A stretch of DNA of 64,000 bases from an uncultured virus (IMG/VR IMGVR_UViG_3300018041_000003) (Duplodnaviria; Heunggongvirae; Uroviricota; Caudoviricetes): the IMG/VR virus record IMGVR_UViG_3300018041_000003; one strand, 5' to 3'. The notes under the pieces were generated by a model. The model was given only the letters and a program-made list of their open reading frames with translations. It searched no databases and had not been told where the DNA came from. Positions within the stretch are counted from its first letter, which is position 1. Each line of letters begins with the position of its first letter. Positions 20,801 to 29,401 of the stretch are shown piece by piece. The position numbers were made by a program, and so were the translations under genes.

Positions 20801-22905
20801 GTAACGACTCTGTTGTTGCTAACGACTTTACACAGGTACTAAGTGATGGTATTGGTGTATGGTGTACTAACTTAGGTAGAACAGAACTTGTTTCGGTGTT
20901 CTCATACTATGGACACATTGGTTACCTAGCAGAGAACGGTGGTAAGATTCGTGCTACAAACGGTAACTCATCATACGGTACATTTGGTTGTGTTGCTGAA
21001 GGTGTTGATGCAACTGAAGTTCCAATTATTGCTTACGTAGATAATAAAGCACAACAAGCAGTTGTTAGTAATATTTTAACAGATGGTGATAGAATTTTAG
21101 CACTTGAGTATACTAACGCTGGTAGAGAATATGATCTAAATGGCGGTAACGCAGTTATTTCAATCGGTGGAGACGGATTTGGTTTAGGAACTGTTACTCC
21201 AGTAACAAGAACCGCAGGTGTTATGGAAGTAAGACTTCTTAATACTAACGATGAATATGGCGGAGACGATTACTTAACAGTTGGAAACGCGGCACAGATT
21301 GGTAATGCAACAAGCATTACAATTTCAAATACTGATACAAATTCATCAGGTGCATTAGCAGGAATGGCAATTTGGATTGAAGCAGGATTAGGTGCAGGCC
21401 AGTATGCATACATTGATACATACAACGCAGGTACAAAACAAGCAACAGTAAGAAAATATTCAGATGGTTCTCCAGGTTGGGATCATATTTTAGGTGAGCC
21501 AATTTTAAGTTTACTTGACAGTACAACAACTTATCAAATTGAACCAAGAATTGAATTTTCAACTCCGGCTGGAGACGGTTCAAGTACATCTATTAGAGCA
21601 TTAGGTAGAGTTAGAGTTGCTGATAGTAAAATTGCAGAAGTTAAAATTATTGAACCAGGACAAGGTTACGATGAAAATATAACATTTACTATTACAGATC
21701 CAAACAATACATTAGATGCTCCACTACAAGTTAGAATTGCAGACGGAGTACTTGCACAGCCAACATTTGCTGGAGCAACAAACGCTGGTAGAGGTAGCGG
21801 ATTTGAAACTGCTACTGCAACTATTACTGCTTTACAACAAGAAGTTTTAGTAACAGGCATAACACAAGCAAGTCCAGCAGTTGTTAATGTTTCGTTAGGA
21901 CACGGTATTACTATTGATGGCACAAAAGTTAATATTAGTGAAGTATTAGGTATGGTTAAATTCTTTGACCCAACTGACTTTTATGTAAAAGTTGTTGATG
22001 CAAATAACTTTGAATTATACGAAGATCCATTATTATCTGTTCCAGTTGATACTAGTGCAGAGCCATCATGGAATGCTAACGGTAAAGTAAAATATGGCGG
22101 CGGATTTATGGATAGATTCCAGCCAGGCAAGTATATTCAAATGACTGGTATGAGAGCAGTTCCAAGAGCAGGGTCAAATATTGAATTTAATAATCAATCA
22201 AATGTATTCTATAAATTAGTTGCTGTTACTAACTTAAGAGGTAACGGACCATACTCAGCACAGTTGCAAGTATCACCAGATGTTCCAGTTGATACTGCAC
22301 CACAACACTCTGAAAGTTCAGAAGTAAGAATTAGATATTCACAAGTACGTCTAACAGGACACGACTTCTTAGACATTGGTACTGGTGATTTTACTAACAC
22401 AAATTATCCTAATGTTCCATTACAGGATCCACAACCAGATAACGAAACTGTTGAAGGTGGTGGCGGTAGAGTGTTTTACACTTCAACTGACCAAGATGGT
22501 AACTTTAGGGTTGGTGGATTGTTCAACGTTGAACAGTCGACTGGTATTGCAACCCTAAATGCTGATGCATTTAACATTTCAGGATTGCAAGAATTACAAC
22601 TCGGTGATATTGCTCTTGGTAATACAGGCGCAACAATTAACGAGTTTAGCACCGACGGTACATTCTCCGCAAATAGCGACAGTATTGTGCCAACACAAAG
22701 AGCAATTAAAACATATATCACGTCACAGATTGGTGGTGGTGCGAGTACTCTTAACGTTAACCAGATTATTGCTGGTCTTGTACAAATTTCCGGCCAGGAG
22801 ATTACTACAACTACAGTAGTGCCAATTAACGTTGATGCTCAATTCAACTTCCGCGCTGGAATTGATGGAGCACCTGTGGCGCTAAATATGTTTTTAATGG
22901 GATAA
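17821..22905 (+). CDS. Giant tail appendage protein (8 CBM5/12-like repeats, two helical RD/CxRD domains, beta-helix)
   Basis: 1694 aa; N-terminus MAEFKLGRIRF and C-terminal region collinear with 11548. Confidence 0.75.
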   Translation: MAEFKLGRIRFIWKGAWTSSKEYYKDDVVRYGGRTYIVNTGHISSNAFTTDISNFDLLADGTEWKGDWALSTVFKPNDIVKYGGLLYICNTGHTSASTETDGLELDQTKWDLFSEGFNWQGAWGVATRYKINDVVRYGGVMYLCTQEHTSAADVTDGLELDETKWDVFAHGQNWQNVWTATSRYTAGDVVRYGGQVYICNTGHTAAATDALGLEADQAKWDYVHKGIVYLGNWTASTRYKNNDVVKYGSDIWICTTYHTSGATLAADESNWAIFVPGLEFEDSWQNNVNYQPGDVVTYGGYSYISITNNFNQVPFNNGTEWDLFTTGFTFRGDYDNNYAYKIGDVIRLGGWTYIALADGTGNRPPDAVYWDKLNEGLYWKGAWVDNVYYDKGDVVRGINDVNSYVCIAPHTSEEVGAGQNRPDQDTNGNYWNLLSGGAEVGNLTTRGDLVYYSGAGPTRLPIGSPGQVLKVNSSGTDPEWAYFGQLDAVYYTSPNGEDLNVPAAGVTLDKPFKTVNFGLQQIEKGARKPYATQLLKRNKAFIQDETLSWVDTQVINSSAPFTGSFTYTAANWRRDIGTFVDALVWDLSHGGNRMTRQETLAYFDSAADQYYVSNDGITAEFSAALTFVTALIDDVITQDTPATDYQVLRSVANPTLQITDSSIVEEPEAQAILVNLRTIASAALTAGNTNSVPAEIVANDTLFMKTGTFTEVLPMVIPESCAVVGDELRSSKVSPAGSLVDSSDTPYSLAGITHMASIIDDIITNTPITKATNNPLDQDVALPAGSGAAGTEAAAIATDIKNKIDFAINAVGSDVAQSGVNTPVKTAGYTDAVLRLEENKEFIAEDVTNYIINTYPGYVDFDAAKQASCKRDVRRYIEAIQNDLIYTGRYRALRAAEQYINAVGGSTDKHMFFVRNGTGLRNCTLIGLTGTLSSPNLYGTRRPTAGAYVSLDPGWGPAHTEVWVKNKSCYVQNVTTFGTACIGLKIDGDLHAGGNDSVVANDFTQVLSDGIGVWCTNLGRTELVSVFSYYGHIGYLAENGGKIRATNGNSSYGTFGCVAEGVDATEVPIIAYVDNKAQQAVVSNILTDGDRILALEYTNAGREYDLNGGNAVISIGGDGFGLGTVTPVTRTAGVMEVRLLNTNDEYGGDDYLTVGNAAQIGNATSITISNTDTNSSGALAGMAIWIEAGLGAGQYAYIDTYNAGTKQATVRKYSDGSPGWDHILGEPILSLLDSTTTYQIEPRIEFSTPAGDGSSTSIRALGRVRVADSKIAEVKIIEPGQGYDENITFTITDPNNTLDAPLQVRIADGVLAQPTFAGATNAGRGSGFETATATITALQQEVLVTGITQASPAVVNVSLGHGITIDGTKVNISEVLGMVKFFDPTDFYVKVVDANNFELYEDPLLSVPVDTSAEPSWNANGKVKYGGGFMDRFQPGKYIQMTGMRAVPRAGSNIEFNNQSNVFYKLVAVTNLRGNGPYSAQLQVSPDVPVDTAPQHSESSEVRIRYSQVRLTGHDFLDIGTGDFTNTNYPNVPLQDPQPDNETVEGGGGRVFYTSTDQDGNFRVGGLFNVEQSTGIATLNADAFNISGLQELQLGDIALGNTGATINEFSTDGTFSANSDSIVPTQRAIKTYITSQIGGGASTLNVNQIIAGLVQISGQEITTTTVVPINVDAQFNFRAGIDGAPVALNMFLMG

Positions 22906-22918
22906 AGGAGAATAAATT

Positions 22919-23236
22919 ATGGCATCAGGAAGATTGGGAGCAAGCGATTTAACAGCGGCTACTAATACCACCGTATATACTGTGCCAACTGATAACTATG
23001 CAGTTGTAACATTGTCGGTGTGTAATAGGGGAAACCAAGCAATTGGAGTCCAAGTAGCAGTGGCATCCGCTGATACTCCTATAGGAGCAGAATACATTGA
23101 GTGGGAAGCAGAAGTATTAGCCCACGGTGTACTAGAGAGATCCGGTATCGTCATGGACGCTGGCAAAAAGTTGGTTGTACGTTCAAGTTCAGGCAACGTA
23201 AGTGCTGTAGCGTTCGGTATTGAGACATCGGCATAA
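22919..23236 (+). CDS. Small virion adaptor-like protein
   Basis: 105 aa; TTVYTVP...AVVTLSVCN; AGGAG RBS. Confidence 0.6.
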   Translation: MASGRLGASDLTAATNTTVYTVPTDNYAVVTLSVCNRGNQAIGVQVAVASADTPIGAEYIEWEAEVLAHGVLERSGIVMDAGKKLVVRSSSGNVSAVAFGIETSA

Positions 23237-23257
23237 ATACAATAGAAGGATAAAACA

Positions 23258-23584
23258 ATGGGAAGATATATTACTACAACTGGAACCGCTGGTACTGTAT
23301 TAAGAACTACAGGATCGAGTTATGCGGCCGAAGTCAATGATAGAGTATTGTGTACATCAGGAGGCATTACAATTACGCTTCCTCTTAACACAAGTTTGTT
23401 AGAAAACGACACAGTACAAATTATTGACGTTACGGGTGCATTTAGTTCGTCTAATGTAACAGTAGCACGTAACGGCGCAAAAATCCAGAATAGAGCAGAA
23501 GATTTAACACTAGATATTGATAACGTAGCAGTTACACTTGTTTATACAGGTGCAACTTACGGTTGGATTATTTCAGGTACATAA
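23258..23584 (+). CDS. Small tail-fibre connector-like protein
   Basis: ITLP...DTVQIIDVTGAF..NVTVARNGAKI...EDLTLDI...LVY...GW resembles the repeat module of long-tail-fibre proximal subunits. Confidence 0.55.
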   Translation: MGRYITTTGTAGTVLRTTGSSYAAEVNDRVLCTSGGITITLPLNTSLLENDTVQIIDVTGAFSSSNVTVARNGAKIQNRAEDLTLDIDNVAVTLVYTGATYGWIISGT

Positions 23585-23601
23585 GATAGGGAACTAGAAT
23601 T

Positions 23602-24333
23602 ATGGCATCACTTAGAAGTTTACTTAGCGACGTTGAACCAGCAAAATCAGGTGTTCAAAGACAGTTTTGGGTATACCAGCAAAATGATAACATTGGTAAC
23701 GGTGGAAGATGTTGTCTATGGACTGTACCTGCTAATACTGTTAACGTAACATTTGAAATGTGGGGCGGCGGAGGTGGAGGCCATGGCGCTTGTTGTTGTC
23801 AGTTTCCAAATAGACCAGCGGCTGGCGGTTCTTACGGTATTAGAACTATTCAAACAGTTGCAGGTTGCCAATATACAATCTGTGCAGGCGGTTCAACAGT
23901 ATGTTGCTGTTTCGGATGTATTGGAGGAGACGGGTATCCTAGTTTTGTAACAGGATCTAGTATTCCAACTACTTGTGCACCAGGTGGCTGTGCAGGTAAA
24001 GCGTGTTGTTTCACAGATGCATACACTTGTCATCCAAGTTTTGTATGGCAATGCGGAACAGGCGATTGGGGACTTCCACAAATTTCAGGAAGTTCAAAAA
24101 GAAGTCAATATTGTCACAACCAAATGTGGAACTTTGTAACAGGTTCCGGAATGTTTAGCGTAGCAAGAAGATCAAGAGATTGGTGTGCTGGTAACTTTAC
24201 CAACACAGGTTCTTGTTTTGGCTGTTTAGCGATGTTCCCAGGTGGTGGCGGACCAGGCGGAGCGGCTTGCGGCGAACCTTGTTGTTGGGGTGGCTGGGGC
24301 AATGCTGGCGCGGTAAAAGTTAGTTATAGTTAA
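23602..24333 (+). CDS. Gly/Cys-rich fibre-tip (adhesin-like) protein 1
   Basis: WTVP..V.FEMWGGGG...GGSYG...YTI..GG...FPGGGG...G.V.V.Y glycine-rich domain; 24 Cys in 243 aa. Confidence 0.6.
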   Translation: MASLRSLLSDVEPAKSGVQRQFWVYQQNDNIGNGGRCCLWTVPANTVNVTFEMWGGGGGGHGACCCQFPNRPAAGGSYGIRTIQTVAGCQYTICAGGSTVCCCFGCIGGDGYPSFVTGSSIPTTCAPGGCAGKACCFTDAYTCHPSFVWQCGTGDWGLPQISGSSKRSQYCHNQMWNFVTGSGMFSVARRSRDWCAGNFTNTGSCFGCLAMFPGGGGPGGAACGEPCCWGGWGNAGAVKVSYS

Positions 24334-24353
24334 AAGGAAAACGGAGAAAACAT

Positions 24354-25067
24354 ATGCCAAGTAACACAATTATAGAAACAACGTTTACATATGATGTACC
24401 TGATGACTATCTAGCCCAGACAAATAACGATGGTAACACCGCAACTGCCACTTATAACGGGCCAGATAAAATTTGGGTATTCATTGATAAAGATACAAGT
24501 CGTTCAGATACAGCAAGACTTGTGTTAACAGAAGAAGAAAACGGTGCAGACTTTCCTGTACCAGAAGGTCAATACAAAGTAATGATTGACTGTGCGGCAG
24601 ATCCTAAACTTTGCTCACTATTTGATGCAAAAGTTGAATGGGATGTTGTACAAGGTCAAACAAATTTAGTTGTTGATTTGCCAGATGGCACTACTTACGA
24701 AAGACCAGACCCAACGGATGTTGATCACACTTATGAATTAGATGAGTGTACTTACAATCTAGACGGTATATTAAGCGAAGACGGTACAACTTATAGTGGT
24801 GGTACATGGACTATGTCTTGGAAACAACCATGGACATCATGGGAACAATTAATCATTGTAAGAAATAATATGTTAACTGCGTCTGATAGTAAAATTGCTG
24901 ACGATATGCCAGAGGCAACTAAGCAACTTTGGTTAGACTATAGACAGAAGTTAAGAGATTTACCAGCATTGTTTGGACATGGCACTGATTCAGAGTTACC
25001 AGCGTACATGATTAACTTTCCAGTTGAGCCAGGTGCAAATATTTTACCAATAGAGGACGACGAATAA
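24354..25067 (+). CDS. Phage tail assembly chaperone-like protein
   Basis: WEQLIIVRNNMLTASD....DMP......WLDYRQKLRDLP matches the phage tail assembly chaperone motif. Confidence 0.7.
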   Translation: MPSNTIIETTFTYDVPDDYLAQTNNDGNTATATYNGPDKIWVFIDKDTSRSDTARLVLTEEENGADFPVPEGQYKVMIDCAADPKLCSLFDAKVEWDVVQGQTNLVVDLPDGTTYERPDPTDVDHTYELDECTYNLDGILSEDGTTYSGGTWTMSWKQPWTSWEQLIIVRNNMLTASDSKIADDMPEATKQLWLDYRQKLRDLPALFGHGTDSELPAYMINFPVEPGANILPIEDDE

Positions 25068-25068
25068 A

Positions 25069-25809
25069 ATGTCTAGTTTAAGATCCTTATTACAATACGG
25101 AACTTCTTCAAGCGGATCAACACCGTTAAGAAGTTTACGAGTTTATAATACAAATATTACAACTCAAAACAACGGCGGCCAGTGTTGCTTATGGACAGTA
25201 CCAGCAGGTGCTTCGTGGGCGGCTTTTGAAGTTTGGGGTGGCGGAGGTCCAGGTGCAGGCGTATGTTGTTGCCAACAAGGATGGTCCGGTGGATCAGGGT
25301 CTTATGGTAGAAGAATTATTGAAGTTAATAACGGAGATGCATTTACGATCTGTGCAGGTGGCTCAACTTGCTGTCATTCAAGATGTTATTCTTGTAGAGG
25401 ATTTCCAAGTTGGGTATGTGGACCAAGCGGATTTTGTATGTGTTCATCAGGTGGAGCAGAAGCGGCTTCTAAATGTTGGTTTAGCCAAAGTTGTTCATAC
25501 AGCGGGTGTCAAATGTTTAACTGCGGATGTGTTAACGGTGCTACATTAGCAATGTGTGGTACAACAGGAGGCGGACATGGATCTGCTCACTGTGCATCAG
25601 ATATGCACCAGTTTATACCAAGTGCGCCTTTTACAGGTTCAACAAGAATGTCACGTTCAGGATGTTATAGATCACATGGTCAAGACCAAGGAGATCACGG
25701 TGTGTTTCCAGGAGGCGGCGGCGCATCAGGAGTAACACATGATGAAGTATGTTATTGCGGAGCGAAAGGAATGGGCGGATTAGTAACAGTTTACTATACG
25801 TCAACATAA
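25069..25809 (+). CDS. Gly/Cys-rich fibre-tip (adhesin-like) protein 2
   Basis: Paralog of 23602; 23 Cys in 246 aa. Confidence 0.6.
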   Translation: MSSLRSLLQYGTSSSGSTPLRSLRVYNTNITTQNNGGQCCLWTVPAGASWAAFEVWGGGGPGAGVCCCQQGWSGGSGSYGRRIIEVNNGDAFTICAGGSTCCHSRCYSCRGFPSWVCGPSGFCMCSSGGAEAASKCWFSQSCSYSGCQMFNCGCVNGATLAMCGTTGGGHGSAHCASDMHQFIPSAPFTGSTRMSRSGCYRSHGQDQGDHGVFPGGGGASGVTHDEVCYCGAKGMGGLVTVYYTST

Positions 25810-25824
25810 GGAGTAAATAGTAGT

Positions 25825-26547
25825 ATGTCAACATTAAGAGATTTTTTATTCGGATACGACGATCCTAAAGCAGTTCCTAGAGAGATCGCAGTCTATAATA
25901 CAAGTACGACAACTCCAAATAATGGCGGAAGATGTTGTTTATGGACAGTACCAGCAGGCGTTGCATATGCAACATTTGAAATTTGGGGCGGAGGAGCGTC
26001 TGGAGACGGCGCTTGTTGTTGTCAACAAGGTTATCCATCTTCCGGTGGAAGTTATGGACAAAAAGCGGCAGAAGTATCAGGCGGTCAGCAATATACAATT
26101 TGTGCGGCAGGGTCGACTTGCTGTAGACAAAAAGGAAACTGTCAACAAGGTTATGATTCATATGTATGTAGATCAGGTAACTGGTGTGCAAGAGCGTGTG
26201 GAGGAAGAGTTTTACGTACAGAATGTTTTATGTATAACAACTGTTATTCATGTTGTAGAATGAGATACTGTGTACACGGTTTCTCCGGTATGGACTTTGG
26301 CGTTGGTGCTACACAATCAACATCACAGTTAAGTCAATACTGTCATGATAGAGGAAATATGTTCGTTGGCGATCCTCCAGGACGCGGCGGAATGAGAAAC
26401 GGTCCAAATGGCTGTTGTTTATGGGGCGGATCAGAAGGTTTTGGTTTATTCCCAGGCGGTGGCGGTATGTCAGCACAATCATTTAGTGAAGTGTGTTGTT
26501 GCGGATCACCAGGAGCAGGCGGACTAGTATACGTTGTATACTACTAA
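25825..26547 (+). CDS. Gly/Cys-rich fibre-tip (adhesin-like) protein 3
   Basis: Paralog of 23602; 23 Cys in 240 aa. Confidence 0.6.
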   Translation: MSTLRDFLFGYDDPKAVPREIAVYNTSTTTPNNGGRCCLWTVPAGVAYATFEIWGGGASGDGACCCQQGYPSSGGSYGQKAAEVSGGQQYTICAAGSTCCRQKGNCQQGYDSYVCRSGNWCARACGGRVLRTECFMYNNCYSCCRMRYCVHGFSGMDFGVGATQSTSQLSQYCHDRGNMFVGDPPGRGGMRNGPNGCCLWGGSEGFGLFPGGGGMSAQSFSEVCCCGSPGAGGLVYVVYY

Positions 26548-26562
26548 GAGGTAAGGATAAAA

Positions 26563-27525
26563 ATGACAATTATTAGAAAACAATTTAACTATCCTAAACC
26601 AGATGAATATTTGGGGCAGATTGATGAACAACAATTACAAGGAACCCATACGTATGAGGGTCCTCCAGCATTATGGGTTTTTATTGATAATGTAACAAAC
26701 AAAATTGCACCTAGAGCGCATATGGAAGAAGAAGAAGGCATGGACGTTCCAGCGCCTTTAGGTCTTCGTAAAGTATTAGTTGATTGTGAAGAAAATCCTA
26801 TTATTTGTTCATTAATGGAATGTGATTGTGACGATGAAGAACATGAATTAGTTTCAGAAGAACTTCCTAATGGTGTAACTTATCTTACATATATGGATCC
26901 ACCACCTGATCATACATACGAAAAATTTGATATTGAATGTAATTCTAACAATGAGTTTGTCAAAGTAGCAAGTTCAACTAAGGGCGGTGTACCACATTAT
27001 CCTTGGAAACAACCACACATTAAATGGCCTCATCTACGTAGACATAGAACAACATTATTAGGCTGGAGTGATGACAAAGTAAACACAGATATGCCGGCTT
27101 CGTTACAAGAAGAATGGAATACTTTCAGACAAATATTACGCGATATGCCAGTACTTTACGGTGATAGTTTTGATGTTGAAATTACTACTTCCGGTACAGG
27201 ATATGAAGTTGGAGATAAGATTAAATTTGCGGCTTCTAATCTAGACGATTATATTGTTGCAGATGAACTAGTTGCTACTGTTAAAACAGTTGGAGCAAGT
27301 GGTGAAATTACAGCACTATCATTAAGTGATAATCAAGCAATTAATGACGGTAATGATATTATTGTAGGTAGATCAGCAAAAGAGTTTGCTAATGCTCCAT
27401 ACACATATGAAGCAGTTACAGACGGCGCAAATGCTGGTGCAGATGCTACATTTAGAGTACACAAATGTCAGCGTTATGCGGCTTGGAAAGTAGATACTCC
27501 ACGTTCACCTTGCGGCACTGCATAA
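26563..27525 (+). CDS. Phage tail assembly chaperone-like protein with inserted beta module
   Basis: Paralog of 24354 (PD.YL.Q, Y.GP..WVFID, PDHTYE, WKQP, R..LL..SD..DMP...W..FRQ.LRD.P). Confidence 0.65.
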   Translation: MTIIRKQFNYPKPDEYLGQIDEQQLQGTHTYEGPPALWVFIDNVTNKIAPRAHMEEEEGMDVPAPLGLRKVLVDCEENPIICSLMECDCDDEEHELVSEELPNGVTYLTYMDPPPDHTYEKFDIECNSNNEFVKVASSTKGGVPHYPWKQPHIKWPHLRRHRTTLLGWSDDKVNTDMPASLQEEWNTFRQILRDMPVLYGDSFDVEITTSGTGYEVGDKIKFAASNLDDYIVADELVATVKTVGASGEITALSLSDNQAINDGNDIIVGRSAKEFANAPYTYEAVTDGANAGADATFRVHKCQRYAAWKVDTPRSPCGTA

Positions 27526-27569
27526 GTCACAATTAAACATAATCAGCACCTGCTTACTTAAATAATTGC

Positions 27570-28400
27570 ATGAGCAATAAAGTAAGATTCGCGGGTGCTC
27601 AACTACCCGTAACGCAAAATCTAGAAGAAAATAAAAAATCAATTATGAAGGCCATTGACTGGGCCTCAGATAATAATTGCAACTGGATTCTTACACCTGA
27701 AGGATCACTATCAGGTTACTTTCCCAACTTTGATCTTATTCCAGAAAACGGAATGGCTGATATTGCTAAAGCAACATATGATATTGTTACATACGCAAAT
27801 AAAAAGAACATGGGAATTGCACTAGGAACACTATGGGTTGATATAGAACACCGAGGCACAATTAGAAGAAATCAAATTAGATACTATGATAATCAAGGCG
27901 AATTATTAGGAGCAACTAACAAGCAGTACATTGTCGGTGGAGAAGATAGTCCACATCACAGTTGGGATCAAGTATTAGCAGATCCTCCAGGAACCACAAA
28001 AACACACTACCTTGATGGTATAAGAACTACAGGAATGATTTGTAATGATCTATGGGGCAACGGCTTTAGATTTAATGCGCCTAGTTTACCATTAATGGCA
28101 AGTATACATCAAGTAGATCTTATATTACACAGTACTAACGGAGATAGAGGAAATAGTCAGGACAGTATTTGGATGGAATGGCATGATATCCATCTTAGAA
28201 TGATGAGTTTACAATATAATATTCCTATTATAACTGTTGATAGTTGTTGTGATAAATTTGGAGAAAATAGGCAACTGCCTACAAGTTCTCCGAGCGGAGT
28301 AGTAGTAAACGGTGAATGGGTAGTACAAGTGCCACGAACAGAACAACAACACTTTTATTGGGATTATTTCAAACCTGAAGGTGAAAACTTAAACACATAA
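27570..28400 (+). CDS. Carbon-nitrogen hydrolase (nitrilase superfamily)
   Basis: Glu-Lys-Cys triad contexts LTPEGSLSGY, ATNKQY and GMICNDLW; N-terminal AGAQLPV. Confidence 0.85.
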   Translation: MSNKVRFAGAQLPVTQNLEENKKSIMKAIDWASDNNCNWILTPEGSLSGYFPNFDLIPENGMADIAKATYDIVTYANKKNMGIALGTLWVDIEHRGTIRRNQIRYYDNQGELLGATNKQYIVGGEDSPHHSWDQVLADPPGTTKTHYLDGIRTTGMICNDLWGNGFRFNAPSLPLMASIHQVDLILHSTNGDRGNSQDSIWMEWHDIHLRMMSLQYNIPIITVDSCCDKFGENRQLPTSSPSGVVVNGEWVVQVPRTEQQHFYWDYFKPEGENLNT

Positions 28401-28429
28401 TAAGTATTTGAAACAAAGGAACAAAACTA

Positions 28430-29401
28430 ATGTCAAACAGAAACACAGCCTTTTTTATTAACGGCGGAGCCGGTAGAGTACTTTGCTCTATTCCAGCCCT
28501 TGAAAAATATCACGAAGAAAATCCAAACGATGATTTTATTTTAGTTTGTGAAGGAGGCACTGAACTGTATAAAGGTCATCCTGTACTTCACAAAAAAGCA
28601 TACGATCATTGGCATAAGAATTTGTTCGAAGACAAATTAAAACATATGAATTTAGTTACACCTGAACCATATCGAGTATTTGAATATTACAACCAACAAG
28701 CAAGTTTATCTCAGTGCTATGATATTGAAATTAATAAAAAGGGTGTAAGAGATCTATCTAAGCCTACTCTTAAATTAAATGCTCAGGAGATAATGACAGG
28801 ACAAAAATTAGTTTCTGAAGTAAAAGAAAAGACTGGTAAAGATAAAGTAATTGTATTTCAACCATTTGGCAGAGGAACAATTCACGAAAATGGAATGATT
28901 GTTGATCCAAGTGGTCGAAGTTTCGAAGCAGACAACGTAATTAATATTGTTGATAAACTTAGCAAAAAATACGGTGTAATTTTTATGAGCGAAATTGGCA
29001 TTGAATTTAATAAGCACGGTGTTAAACAACCTGTTGCAATTCCACAAAATATTGAACTTAGATTTTGGTGTGGAATTATCAATGCCGCTGATCACTTCTT
29101 AGGTTGTGATAGTGTTGGTCAACATATTGCATATGCTCTTGAAAAGACAGCAACAGTTGTTGTTGGATCTACTTTTAAAGAAAATATTTCATATCCAAAT
29201 GAAGAAAAACATGATATTTTAGATATGGGAGAAGGCGCAAGAGTTTATAGTCCTATTAGAATTACAATGGACGAATGGTCTGATAGAACTAACGAAGGTA
29301 TTATGCATATGAATGAAAAAATTGAAGATATCATTCTTGAATCTGTTAATAACATGATTAAAACAGGAAAAAATGCAGAAGCCAACAAAACGAAAAAGTA
29401 G
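28430..29401 (+). CDS. GT-B glycosyltransferase, GT9 (heptosyltransferase)-like
   Basis: N-terminal GGAGRVLCSIPAL and C-terminal HFLGCDSVGQHIAYAL resemble the WaaC/WaaF motifs GDVLHTLPAL and D(T/S)GxxHxAxAL. Confidence 0.6.
   Translation: MSNRNTAFFINGGAGRVLCSIPALEKYHEENPNDDFILVCEGGTELYKGHPVLHKKAYDHWHKNLFEDKLKHMNLVTPEPYRVFEYYNQQASLSQCYDIEINKKGVRDLSKPTLKLNAQEIMTGQKLVSEVKEKTGKDKVIVFQPFGRGTIHENGMIVDPSGRSFEADNVINIVDKLSKKYGVIFMSEIGIEFNKHGVKQPVAIPQNIELRFWCGIINAADHFLGCDSVGQHIAYALEKTATVVVGSTFKENISYPNEEKHDILDMGEGARVYSPIRITMDEWSDRTNEGIMHMNEKIEDIILESVNNMIKTGKNAEANKTKK

Noticed and set aside
23602..26547. Diversity-generating retroelement or invertible shufflon acting on the tip paralogs
   Set aside because: No reverse transcriptase or invertase in the window, no near-identical template/variable repeat with A-specific mismatches, and no inverted crossover sites seen.
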